Positions 1 through 12,440 of a DNA stretch of 64,000 nt are shown in pieces. The position numbers were made by a program, and so were the translations under genes. Under the pieces are notes generated by a model. It had not been told where the DNA came from, made no database searches, and saw only the letters and a list, made by a program, of their open reading frames with translations. The DNA is from an uncultured Fibrobacteria bacterium (GTDB taxonomy: Bacteria; Fibrobacterota; Fibrobacteria; UBA11236): positions 416,001-480,000 of the forward strand of contig OY970309.1 in assembly GCA_963716395.1 (NCBI GenBank). The letters are read 5' to 3'. Position 1 is the first letter of the stretch. Each line of letters opens with the position of its first letter.

Positions 1-428
1 TAATTGTGGCTGGCCAGGGCCACCATTTGCGAGAAATACGAGCAGGTCGATTCACCGCCGTAGCTTTGCCAATTGGTGTTGGTGGTGAAGCTGACGGCGG
101 TGTTGAAAGCCAGATGCGGAGGCATGCCGGGAAACTTCTGCGGATTCAGAGGCAGATAGTATTGCAGCCGCAGCACCGCATAAGTGAACAGGCAGGTTAC
201 CAGGCTGAAAATCAGCATGGAGGCGGTGTAACCCAGCCAGCCTTGCTCCTGATCCGGATGCACCCGCATGAACCGGTAGAGAAAATTTTCCACGGGTCCC
301 AATACCGGGCGCAGAAATGTTTTTGTTCCGGGCGTCAAAACCTGATGCAGGTAGATTCCCAAAGGCTTGGTGATGAGGAAGAGGATGACGACGTACAGCG
401 CGAGTTGTATCCAGCCGATGGTGTGCAT
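1..428 (-). CDS. kdpA: Potassium-transporting ATPase subunit A, 5' part (runs off the window edge)
   Basis: Manual translation of the minus strand (absent from the ORF track): MHTIGWIQLALYVVILFLITKPLGIYL...LAFNTAVSFTTNTNWQSYGGESTCSYFSQM. The FNTAVSFxTNTNWQ signature is present and an AAGGAG RBS lies upstream. Confidence 0.95.
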   Translation of the reverse strand, partial: MHTIGWIQLALYVVILFLITKPLGIYLHQVLTPGTKTFLRPVLGPVENFLYRFMRVHPDQEQGWLGYTASMLIFSLVTCLFTYAVLRLQYYLPLNPQKFPGMPPHLAFNTAVSFTTNTNWQSYGGESTCSYFSQMVALASHN

Positions 429-438
429 GGCATTCTCC

Positions 439-522
439 TTAAAAACGATCCGGGCGGAACAAGGTGTAAAAGAGGTAGGCCAGCAGCGCGAGGCCGATGA
501 GGCCCATGATCAGGTTTTCCAT
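439..522 (-). CDS. kdpF: K+-transporting ATPase small subunit F (27 aa)
   Basis: MENLIMGLIGLALLAYLFYTLFRPDRF*, with the typical YLxxxLxxPExF-like ending, directly upstream of kdpA. Confidence 0.9.
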   Translation of the reverse strand: MENLIMGLIGLALLAYLFYTLFRPDRF

Positions 523-632
523 CAGTCGCTCCTTCCGGCGTATTTGCCCTGCCCTGGCAGGAAAAGTTTGAGGCCGATCACGCTCAGCGCGAAAAAAGCG
601 ATTTGCAGGAGGAGGTAGAGGGTATCAAGCAT
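522..632 (-). CDS. Small hydrophobic membrane peptide (36 aa) upstream of kdpF
   Basis: MLDTLYLLLQIAFFALSVIGLKLFLPGQGKYAGRSD*. AAGGA RBS; its stop overlaps the kdpF start (TGATG) and its start overlaps the kinase stop. Confidence 0.6.
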   Translation of the reverse strand: MLDTLYLLLQIAFFALSVIGLKLFLPGQGKYAGRSD

Positions 633-2532
633 GTTTCGTTCCTTGGCTTGTGGTTTGCGACGTTTTCGTTTCCGCTGTTTCCAAAATCCCGGCGCCCGGT
701 GCGCGTTTCGCTTCGGCCGGGGCCGCCCGCAGCGTGAAGGAGAAGGTCGAGCCTTCGCCCACCTTGCTTTCCACGCCCACTTCGCCGCCATGCGCCAGCA
801 CGATCTCTTTGACGATGGCCAGCCCCAATCCCGCGCCCGCGGGGTGGCCTGGTTCGGGCACGCGGAAAAACCGTTCGAACACGCGCGGCAGGTATTCGAC
901 CGGAATGCCCGTGCCCGTATCCGTGACTTGGAAGCGCACGTGTTGATCCCGAGGTTCGGCGGCGATGCAAACTTCGCCGCCCGCATGGGTGTAGCGCAGG
1001 GCGTTGCCCAGTAGGTTGCCAAGAATCAGATGCACGCGGGTGGAATCGGCCAGCACCGCGGGAAGATCGCCCGGAATATCGGTGCGCAGTGTCACGCCTT
1101 TTTTCTGATACGCGGCGTGCACCGCGTCCACTGCGGGCTGCACAAGGTTCGGCACCGCCAAGGGCTTCAAATCCATGTCCAGGCGGCCGGCCTGGATGCG
1201 CCCGATGTCGAGCAGGCCCTCGATGATGCGATGCAGCCGATCTGCGTCTTCGCGCGCGGCCAGCACCAGCTCGGCCTGTTTGGGGTTCAGGTCGCCGACC
1301 TTTTCGTCGAGCAGGAGGTGCAGGGCCATGCGCACCGAAGTCAGCAGCGTTTTCAATTCATGCGACACCGTAGCCAGCAAATCGCTTTTGGTTTCGTCGA
1401 GCCGCCGCAACTCGGTGACATCGACCAGCACCAAGGTGACGCCGTTGAATCCCCGGCCCGCGTCCAGCACCGGAATCACCTGCGGCAGGAAAAAACCCTC
1501 GCGGCCGTCGCGAAAAATTTGAATGGCCGACTCATACCCCTTGGGAATGATGGGGCGCTGATCGCGAACCACGCGTTGAAACATTTCGCGCAGCCAGGGA
1601 ATGCCGAGGCTTTCGACCCGGGTGCCGGTTTTGATCCCGAACAAATCCGCGGCGGCCGGGTTGGTGATTTCGACCATGCCTCCAGCGTCAAGAATGGCCA
1701 CGGCGTCCGGCAGGCTGTTGATCGCCGTTTGGGTGGTTTGCTGGATGCGCACAAGGCGAGCCTGGTCGGTGCGCCGGAACTCGCGCAAACGCGCTGCCAT
1801 AGCATTGAAGGCCGCGGCGAGCTGGCCCATTTCGTCACGCGAGCGCACTTCGAGCACCAGATCCAGATTGCCCTTTTCAATTTCCTGCACCGACCGCGTC
1901 AGGGTTCGCATGGGTTTCAGAATCAGAGTCGCGGTGATGAGAATGACGGCGAGGATGAGTCCCAAGCCTGCCAGCAACAGGGCGTACAGCGCCTTGCTGG
2001 CCGCCAACGCCCGGTGTTTAACCTGGCCGTCGGCCGACAGAATGTTCTGCATGTTGAGTTCGGCAATCCGGCGCGTCAGGCCTTCGATGTCGCGGTAGGT
2101 CCCCAGCACCGAAGCCTGGTAGCGCGCCCGTCGCGCCGCCAGGGTGGCGTGTAGATCCAGGGCGGCGGGATAACGTTGCCGGTAAGCCTGCCAGGCCGCC
2201 GTCAGCCGGTCGGTCAGTTCCTGTTCGCCCGGAACCGTGACGTTACCCTGCTGGAAGCGCAGGCTGGAGTCGAAGGTGCGCACCGCAGCGGCCGCCGCCG
2301 CGGTGTCGACGCCGTGATCCTCCCACAGCGACACCAGGATGTTTTCGTTCAGGCTTTCCAAAGCTGAACGCATTTTCTCGCAGGCGGTGACCGTCTCGAG
2401 GTTTTCACGAAAAATTTTCTGAAAACTGGTGCTGACGCCTTTGATCACATGAATGCCGATACCGGACGCGAACAGAAGCACGGCGAACAAGCCGCCAAAA
2501 CCGAACAACAACTTCTGGCGAATCCCGAACAT
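625..2532 (-). CDS. Membrane sensor histidine kinase (periplasmic 4-helix sensor, HAMP, PAS, HisKA, HATPase), KinB-like
   Basis: Two TM segments, HAMP (RDEMGQLAAAFNAM), H-box VSHELKT, N-box NLLGNALRY, G boxes DTGTGI and GAGLGL. The start is placed at MFGIRQK rather than at the ORF-track start of 2868. Confidence 0.88.
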   Translation of the reverse strand: MFGIRQKLLFGFGGLFAVLLFASGIGIHVIKGVSTSFQKIFRENLETVTACEKMRSALESLNENILVSLWEDHGVDTAAAAAAVRTFDSSLRFQQGNVTVPGEQELTDRLTAAWQAYRQRYPAALDLHATLAARRARYQASVLGTYRDIEGLTRRIAELNMQNILSADGQVKHRALAASKALYALLLAGLGLILAVILITATLILKPMRTLTRSVQEIEKGNLDLVLEVRSRDEMGQLAAAFNAMAARLREFRRTDQARLVRIQQTTQTAINSLPDAVAILDAGGMVEITNPAAADLFGIKTGTRVESLGIPWLREMFQRVVRDQRPIIPKGYESAIQIFRDGREGFFLPQVIPVLDAGRGFNGVTLVLVDVTELRRLDETKSDLLATVSHELKTLLTSVRMALHLLLDEKVGDLNPKQAELVLAAREDADRLHRIIEGLLDIGRIQAGRLDMDLKPLAVPNLVQPAVDAVHAAYQKKGVTLRTDIPGDLPAVLADSTRVHLILGNLLGNALRYTHAGGEVCIAAEPRDQHVRFQVTDTGTGIPVEYLPRVFERFFRVPEPGHPAGAGLGLAIVKEIVLAHGGEVGVESKVGEGSTFSFTLRAAPAEAKRAPGAGILETAETKTSQTTSQGTKHA

Positions 2533-2544
2533 ACCCCGTAACAA

Positions 2545-2561
2545 GGCAAGAAGAATGCCGA
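2545..2561 (-). promoter_or_regulatory. Candidate sigma54 (-24/-12) promoter for the kinase-kdp operon
   Basis: The minus strand reads TCGGCATTCTTCTTGCC, i.e. GG-N10-GC with a TTGC -12 box, immediately upstream of the kinase ATG. Confidence 0.45.
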
Positions 2562-2601
2562 AAAATCCGCTGCCATTCCGGGGCATTCGCTGAAAATTCG
2601 G

Positions 2602-3003
2602 GTGCGGGTGCGGGAGCCGTTGGACCCGCAGGGCAGAATGCAATGCCACCCTGGCAAAATGCACGGCAGCGCCGTGCGCCGACAATTCCGGGAAGCGCGT
2701 TACTTGTCCGAAAATTTCGGTCAGGCGTGTTCCGACACTTCCTTGCATCCGCCGGTTTCGGTGCAGCAACCGATTCTGCACGGCGACGTCAACTGGCTGA
2801 TGCTGGGCGCGCAGTCGTTCTCTATCCTCACCGCAGGCCCGCATGAAGTCAAAATCATGGATATGCAAGGCCGCGAGATGGAATCAATGCAAGGGTTGGG
2901 TCGGCAAATCTACGGGGTTTCGAACCTCGCGCACAATGCGGTGTATTATCTGGAGGTAAAAACCCCGCTGGGCACCGCCTTCAAGGCGTTCTTCCATAAC
3001 TAA
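2602..3003 (+). CDS. Short ORF ending in a T9SS/Fibrobacterota-type C-terminal domain; probably an orphan gene remnant
   Basis: EVKIMDMQGREM...AVYYLEVKT resembles the (I/V)xDxxGr...gxYxxxv CTD pattern. No signal peptide or clear start. Confidence 0.4.
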   Translation: MRVREPLDPQGRMQCHPGKMHGSAVRRQFREARYLSENFGQACSDTSLHPPVSVQQPILHGDVNWLMLGAQSFSILTAGPHEVKIMDMQGREMESMQGLGRQIYGVSNLAHNAVYYLEVKTPLGTAFKAFFHN

Positions 3004-3006
3004 CGA

Positions 3007-4341
3007 TCAAATCCCGTATTTCTTGCGACGGCGCCACAAGGTGCTAAGGTCGACGCCCAGAATGCGGGCCGCCTCTTCCAAAGTTTTGGCGGCGGCCAGC
3101 ACGCGGCGAATATGGTTTTCTTCCACGGCGTCAAGGCTGAGATGGTCACTGGTCGGCGCGGCTCGCGAAGCTGCCAGTGCGGCCGGCAAATCCGCCAACC
3201 CCACGTCGGGGCCTTGGGCCACAATGCTGGCCCGTTCCATCACATTGCGCAGCTCGCGCACATTGCCCGGCCACCCGTAGTCGTGCAAAGCGCGTTCGGC
3301 TTCAGGGCTGAGCTGCAAGGCAACCCGGGAGTTTTGGCGCGTGAACCGGGCGAGAAAGCGCCGGGCCAGGGGCAGCACGTCGTCGGGACGATCGCGCAAG
3401 GCCGGCAATTCGATGGGAAAGACGTTGAGCCGGTACCACAGGTCTTCGCGGAACGCGCCTTCGGCCACGGCTTTTTCCAGGTCGCGGTTGGTGGCGGCCA
3501 CCACGCGCACGTCGGCCCGGCGGGTAACGCTCTCGCCGACCCGCTCGTAGGCATGCTCCTGCAAAAACCGCAGCAGCTTGGGTTGCACCGCAGCCGGCAA
3601 GTCGCCGACTTCATCCAGGAACAGGGTTCCCCCTTCGCATTGCGCCACGCGCCCCGGAGCGTCTTTGAAAGCCCCGGTGAAGGCGCCGCGCACATGCCCG
3701 AAAAGTTCGCTTTCGAGCAGCGCAGGAGACAGCGAAGGGCAGGAAACTTCGGCGAAGGGTTTGGCCGCGCGGCCGCTCCAGGCATGCAGGGTCCGCGCCA
3801 ATTCCCCCTTGCCGGTCCCACTTTCGCCCCGCAGTAACACACAGGTTTCGGTGGGCGCCACCTGCCGCGCCAGGGCCAGCGCCCGGTGCAGGGCGGGGCT
3901 CCGGCTTTCCCATTCCGCCTCGCCCGCGCGGGCCGGAGCCGCGGCCAAAGCGGCGGTATTACGGCGGCGTTCGGCCGCGCGCGCCGCCAGGGCGAGCACC
4001 TGATCGGGGGTGAAGGGTTTGGGCAGGTAATCGACCGCGCCTTTTTTCATGGCCGCCACCGCGGTTTCAACCGTGGCATAGGCCGTGATCATCACGATTT
4101 GAATGCCGGGACTCGCGGCCCGCAACGGTTCGATGAAATCGATGCCCTGCGTCGTACCCAGGCGCAAATCGAGAAAGGCCAGATCGAACGGCTGCCGCGC
4201 CGCGGCCTCCAAGGCGTCTTTGCCGTTGCCGACGGCGATGACGCGATAGCCGTCCAGTTCGAGGCAACGCACCAGGGTTTTGCGGAGATTGATTTCATCG
4301 TCGACGACGAGCACATCCAACGCGACCGGTCCGGAATTCAT
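3007..4341 (-). CDS. Sigma54-dependent response regulator (REC-AAA+-Fis HTH), AlgB/NtrC family
   Basis: VLVVDDE, FLDLRL and YLPKPF receiver motifs; GESGTGK; ESELFGHVRGAFTGA; FLDEVG; WPGNVREL; C-terminal HTH. Confidence 0.93.
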   Translation of the reverse strand: MNSGPVALDVLVVDDEINLRKTLVRCLELDGYRVIAVGNGKDALEAAARQPFDLAFLDLRLGTTQGIDFIEPLRAASPGIQIVMITAYATVETAVAAMKKGAVDYLPKPFTPDQVLALAARAAERRRNTAALAAAPARAGEAEWESRSPALHRALALARQVAPTETCVLLRGESGTGKGELARTLHAWSGRAAKPFAEVSCPSLSPALLESELFGHVRGAFTGAFKDAPGRVAQCEGGTLFLDEVGDLPAAVQPKLLRFLQEHAYERVGESVTRRADVRVVAATNRDLEKAVAEGAFREDLWYRLNVFPIELPALRDRPDDVLPLARRFLARFTRQNSRVALQLSPEAERALHDYGWPGNVRELRNVMERASIVAQGPDVGLADLPAALAASRAAPTSDHLSLDAVEENHIRRVLAAAKTLEEAARILGVDLSTLWRRRKKYGI

Positions 4342-6178
4342 GGCCGAGAAGACTAACTTTTGCGCTTCGAGGTACGCATGCCCCACTCCCATCGCCTTCG
4401 TTTGGACCGCGGCGGCAGCCGTCTGCCTGGCCGCCATTTCCTGCCGCAAGTCCGAACCGGCCGCTTCTTCCGCAGCCGCGGCGCCGGCGGTCACGGCCGC
4501 CCCGGTGCAGGTCGATTCGACCGGCGAAGTCGACCCCATCGCCAATTCCGCCGCCGTGCCGGGCGGAACCTACACCGCCTGGGGCGGATCCTTTCCCAAG
4601 TCCCTGAACATGTGGCTCGACTACAACTCATTCTCCGCCGAAATCATGGGGTATTTGTTCGAAAACCTGGTGTCGCTGCACTCCACCAAAGACGAGCCCG
4701 TGGGCATGCTGGCCCAAAGCTGGGAGATTTCCAAAGACGGCAAAACCTTCACCTTTCATCTCGATCCCCGCGCGCGCTGGAGCGACGGCCAACCCATCAC
4801 GGCCGGCGACGTGCAGTTCTATTACGACGTGATCATGAATCCCCACAACATGACGCCCATTTTCCGCGTGGGGTTGCGGCGCTTCGACCGCCCCGAAGTC
4901 GTCGACAGCTTGACCCTGCGCATCCACGCGCATACCGCGCATTGGGCCAATTTCTGGGAGGCCGCCAATCTGGTGGCCTTTCCCCGCCATGTCTGGCAGG
5001 GCAAGGATTTCAACCAAATCCAGTTCGATTTTCCCGTGGTCAGCGGACCCTACGCCCTGGCCGAGGTGAAAATGGATCGTTACGTCGAACTGCGCCGGCG
5101 CGACGACTGGTGGGGACGGGTCAAACGTTACAATTTGCACAAGTTCAATTTCGCGCGCGTCAAATACCGCTTCATGGATGATCGCAACAAAGCCCTGGAA
5201 GCCTTCGAGAAAGGCGACTTCGACATCTACCCGGTGTACACGGCCTCTATCTGGGCCGAACAAACCAATTTCGACGCCATCCGCAAAGGCTGGGTGGTCA
5301 AACACAGCGTGTACAATCACGCGCCCATGGGCTATCAGGGCTTCGCCATCAACCTGCGCAAGCCGATGTTCCAAGACGTGCGCGTGCGCCAGGCCCTGTG
5401 TTATCTGCTCGACCGCGAACTCATGAACAACAAGCTCATGTTCAACCAGTACTTCCTGCTGAACTCGTATTATCCCGACCTGTATCCGAACCACGTGAAT
5501 CCCGACGCCCCCATGTTCCACTACGATCCGTCCAAGGCGCGCGCGCTGTTGGCCGCAGCCGGCTGGAAACCGGGGCCCGACGGCATTCTCACCCAAGACG
5601 GCCGGCGTTTTGAAATCACCTTGCCCACCGCCTCCACCGACCTGCGCCATTACACCCTCTACGTGCAGGATTTACAGAAGGCCGGCATCGCCGCCAAAAT
5701 CGAGCAGTTGTCACAGTCGACCTTGAGCAAACGCCTCGATCAGCATGACTTCGATCTCTACTGGTCGGCCTGGGGCGGCTCGCGCCTGCGCGACCCCGAA
5801 GCCAGTTGGTCTTCCGCCACCGCCGATCAAATCGCCTCCAACAATTTGGCCGGCGTGAAAGATTCGGTGATCGACAGCCTGATCGACGCGCAGAAAACCG
5901 AAATGAACCTGGGCAAACGTAACGACATTCTCCGCCGCCTCGACACGCGGCTGACGCAACTCGTTCCCGATGTGCTGCTGTGGGAGGTGGATCATTCCCG
6001 CATTCTGTACTGGAACAAGTTCGGCACGCCCAAGTATGTGTTCGACAAGTTCGATCAGGAAGACGGCATCGTCACCTACTGGTATCTGGATGGGGCCCGG
6101 GCCAAAACCCTGCAAGACGCCATGGCCGCGAACCGCGCCCTGCCGGTGGACACGGGCGCCGTGCATTATGGGGAATGA
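4340..6178 (+). CDS. Peptide ABC transporter substrate-binding lipoprotein (YejA-like)
   Basis: SBP family 5 motifs (LAQSWEIS, ARWSDGQPITAGDV, FQDVRVRQAL) and lipobox LAAISC. The true start may be ATG 4378 (GAGGT RBS) with a 1-nt insertion near 4401. Confidence 0.88.
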   Translation: MAEKTNFCASRYACPTPIAFVWTAAAAVCLAAISCRKSEPAASSAAAAPAVTAAPVQVDSTGEVDPIANSAAVPGGTYTAWGGSFPKSLNMWLDYNSFSAEIMGYLFENLVSLHSTKDEPVGMLAQSWEISKDGKTFTFHLDPRARWSDGQPITAGDVQFYYDVIMNPHNMTPIFRVGLRRFDRPEVVDSLTLRIHAHTAHWANFWEAANLVAFPRHVWQGKDFNQIQFDFPVVSGPYALAEVKMDRYVELRRRDDWWGRVKRYNLHKFNFARVKYRFMDDRNKALEAFEKGDFDIYPVYTASIWAEQTNFDAIRKGWVVKHSVYNHAPMGYQGFAINLRKPMFQDVRVRQALCYLLDRELMNNKLMFNQYFLLNSYYPDLYPNHVNPDAPMFHYDPSKARALLAAAGWKPGPDGILTQDGRRFEITLPTASTDLRHYTLYVQDLQKAGIAAKIEQLSQSTLSKRLDQHDFDLYWSAWGGSRLRDPEASWSSATADQIASNNLAGVKDSVIDSLIDAQKTEMNLGKRNDILRRLDTRLTQLVPDVLLWEVDHSRILYWNKFGTPKYVFDKFDQEDGIVTYWYLDGARAKTLQDAMAANRALPVDTGAVHYGE

Positions 6179-6302
6179 AAATCGCGAACACCAAATTGAA
6201 AATCCGGGTTTGAAGGCGTCGACCCTCACTGGGATTCGCAGACATACTGAACCTTCCGGGCCTTGCGGGTGACGATTTGAACTTTGATTTTTGACATCCA
6301 CC

Positions 6303-7316
6303 ATGCAGTCCTACGTCCTCCGCCGCCTGCTGCTCATGGTGCCGACTTTGTTCGGCATATCGCTGGCCTGCTTTCTGCTCACCCAATTCGTGCCCGGCGG
6401 GCCGGTCGAGCAGATGATTGCGCGCATCCAGCGCGTGGCGAGTGAAAAAGGGCGCGACGCCTCCACCGCGGTGACGCCCGAAGAAGTGGCCAACCTCCGC
6501 CGCTACTACGGTTTCGACCAACCCATTCCCGTGCGTTACCTGCGCTGGCTGGGTCGGGTGCTGCGTCTCGACTTCGGCCGCTCGTACACCTACGGCCAGC
6601 CGGTCTGGGACGTGATTCGCTCCAAGTTTCCCATCAGCCTGTTCTTCGGACTCACCTCGACTTTGCTCGCGTATACGATTTGCATTCCGCTGGGAATCGC
6701 CAAGGCCTTGCGGCACCGTTCGCGCTTCGACACCGGCTCGTCGGCGCTGCTGTTCGCCGGTTATGTCATGCCCGGCTTCGCCCTGGGCGTGTTGCTGCTC
6801 ACCTTTTTCGCAGGGGGCCGCTACCTGAATTGGTTTCCGCTCTCGAACATCGTGTCCGACGACTGGGAATCGCTGTCGCTGTTGGGCAAGACGGTCGACT
6901 TTTTGCACCACATGGCGCTGCCGCTTATCTGCTACATGGCCTCGGAGTTCGCCTTTCTCACCTTGCTGATGAAGAACGCGGTGCTCGAAGAGATGTCGAA
7001 GGACTACATGCGCACCGCCCTGCTCCAGGGCATGAGTCGCCGCCAGGCGGTGTGGAAGCACGCCCTGCGCAATGCGCTCATCCCCTTGGCCACCAACATC
7101 GGCGACATTTTCACCGTGTTCTTCGCCGGCGCCCTGCTGATCGAAAAGGTGTTCGACATCGACGGCATGGGCCTGCTCGTGTACAACTCCATCGAAAACC
7201 GTGACTACAACGTGGTGCTGGGCGTGATTATGATCTCGAGCTTTCTCGCCATGCTGGGCCGGTTGTTTTCGGATCTGGCCTACAACTGGGTCGACCCCCG
7301 CATCCGCTTCCAGTGA
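6303..7316 (+). CDS. Peptide ABC transporter permease (YejB/OppB-like)
   Basis: YVLRRLLLMVPTLFG, QFVPGGPVEQ, EAA-like loop KDYMRTALLQG, VDPRI. Confidence 0.92.
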   Translation: MQSYVLRRLLLMVPTLFGISLACFLLTQFVPGGPVEQMIARIQRVASEKGRDASTAVTPEEVANLRRYYGFDQPIPVRYLRWLGRVLRLDFGRSYTYGQPVWDVIRSKFPISLFFGLTSTLLAYTICIPLGIAKALRHRSRFDTGSSALLFAGYVMPGFALGVLLLTFFAGGRYLNWFPLSNIVSDDWESLSLLGKTVDFLHHMALPLICYMASEFAFLTLLMKNAVLEEMSKDYMRTALLQGMSRRQAVWKHALRNALIPLATNIGDIFTVFFAGALLIEKVFDIDGMGLLVYNSIENRDYNVVLGVIMISSFLAMLGRLFSDLAYNWVDPRIRFQ

Positions 7317-7326
7317 AAACCGGCGC

Positions 7327-8358
7327 ATGTTCTCGGATTTGACGCGCGAACGCTTCCGGCGTTTCCGCCGCAACCGGCGCGCCTGGTGGTCGTGCCTGAT
7401 TCTGGCCGCCGCCTTTGTGCTCTCGCTGGGGAGCGAAGGCATTTCCAACGACAAGCCGCTGTGCCTGCACTACCACAATTCCTGGTATTTCCCGGTGTTG
7501 CGCTTTTACCCGGGCACCCGCTTCGGCCTGCCCGACGCCACCGCGCCTGATTACCCGGCCTTGGCGCGCGATTCCTCGTTCCGTGCCGCCGGCGGGTGGA
7601 TGCTGTTCCCGCCCATCCGCTGGGGCCCGTACCGTTCCAACCTCGAATTGGCGGGAAACCCGCCCCAGCCTCCCTCGCTGCAGCATTGGTTGGGAACCGA
7701 CAGCACAGCCCGCGACGTGCTGTCGCGGCTTCTGTACGGGTTTCGTTTGTGCATGGCGTTCGCCCTCATCATCGCCTTGCTCTCGGCCCTGTTGGGCGTG
7801 GCCATCGGCGGATTGCAGGGCTATCTCGGCGGCGCCGTCGATTTGTCCGCCCAGCGCCTGATCGAAATCTGGTCGGCCCTGCCCTTTCTTTATGTCGTCA
7901 TTTTGCTGGGCGCCATTTACGGGCGCAGCTTCGCCTTGCTGGTGTTCGTGGTGACCCTTTTCAATTGGATCGGCTTGTCGTATTTCATGCGCGGCGAATT
8001 CTACCGGCTGAAAACGCTCACCTATGTGCGCGCCGCGCGCGCGCTCGGTATTCCCGAGTGGCGCATTTTCTGGCGCCATGTTTTTCCCAACGCCCTGACG
8101 CCCGTGGTCACCATTTTGCCGTTCACCTTGGTCTCGGGCATTTCCACCTTGACCTCGCTCGATTTTCTGGGGTTCGGGTTGCAGCCGCCGGCGCCCTCCT
8201 GGGGCGAATTGCTGCGCGAAGGCCTCGATAACCTGCAAGCGCCCTGGCTGGTGGTGGCCTCGGTTTCGGCCTTGTTCCTCACCCTGATGCTGGCCACCAT
8301 GGTGGGCGAAGGCGTGCGCGAGGCTTTCGATCCCAAAACCGAGGCGCGGTTGGAGTAG
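7327..8358 (+). CDS. Peptide ABC transporter permease (YejE/OppC-like)
   Basis: RFRRNRRA, HWLGTDSTARDV, YVRAARALG, LDFLGFGL, GEGVREAFDP. Confidence 0.92.
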   Translation: MFSDLTRERFRRFRRNRRAWWSCLILAAAFVLSLGSEGISNDKPLCLHYHNSWYFPVLRFYPGTRFGLPDATAPDYPALARDSSFRAAGGWMLFPPIRWGPYRSNLELAGNPPQPPSLQHWLGTDSTARDVLSRLLYGFRLCMAFALIIALLSALLGVAIGGLQGYLGGAVDLSAQRLIEIWSALPFLYVVILLGAIYGRSFALLVFVVTLFNWIGLSYFMRGEFYRLKTLTYVRAARALGIPEWRIFWRHVFPNALTPVVTILPFTLVSGISTLTSLDFLGFGLQPPAPSWGELLREGLDNLQAPWLVVASVSALFLTLMLATMVGEGVREAFDPKTEARLE

Positions 8359-8364
8359 TAGGCG

Positions 8365-12251
<3,887 letters not shown>

Positions 12252-12440
12252 AGCAATTAATTAAAATGACGGCTGTATCAATTATTAGCGCATTATGAAT
12301 CCCCTTTTGAATTGAAAAAAGTGGGTTCAAATTGAAAAGAAATTATTTGCCTCATTTTTGAAAATCAATGGCTCCGATTGGATTAAGAAAAATAGATTTT
12401 TAGTGGGGATTAACTTTTACTTGTTTTCATATACTACTCT

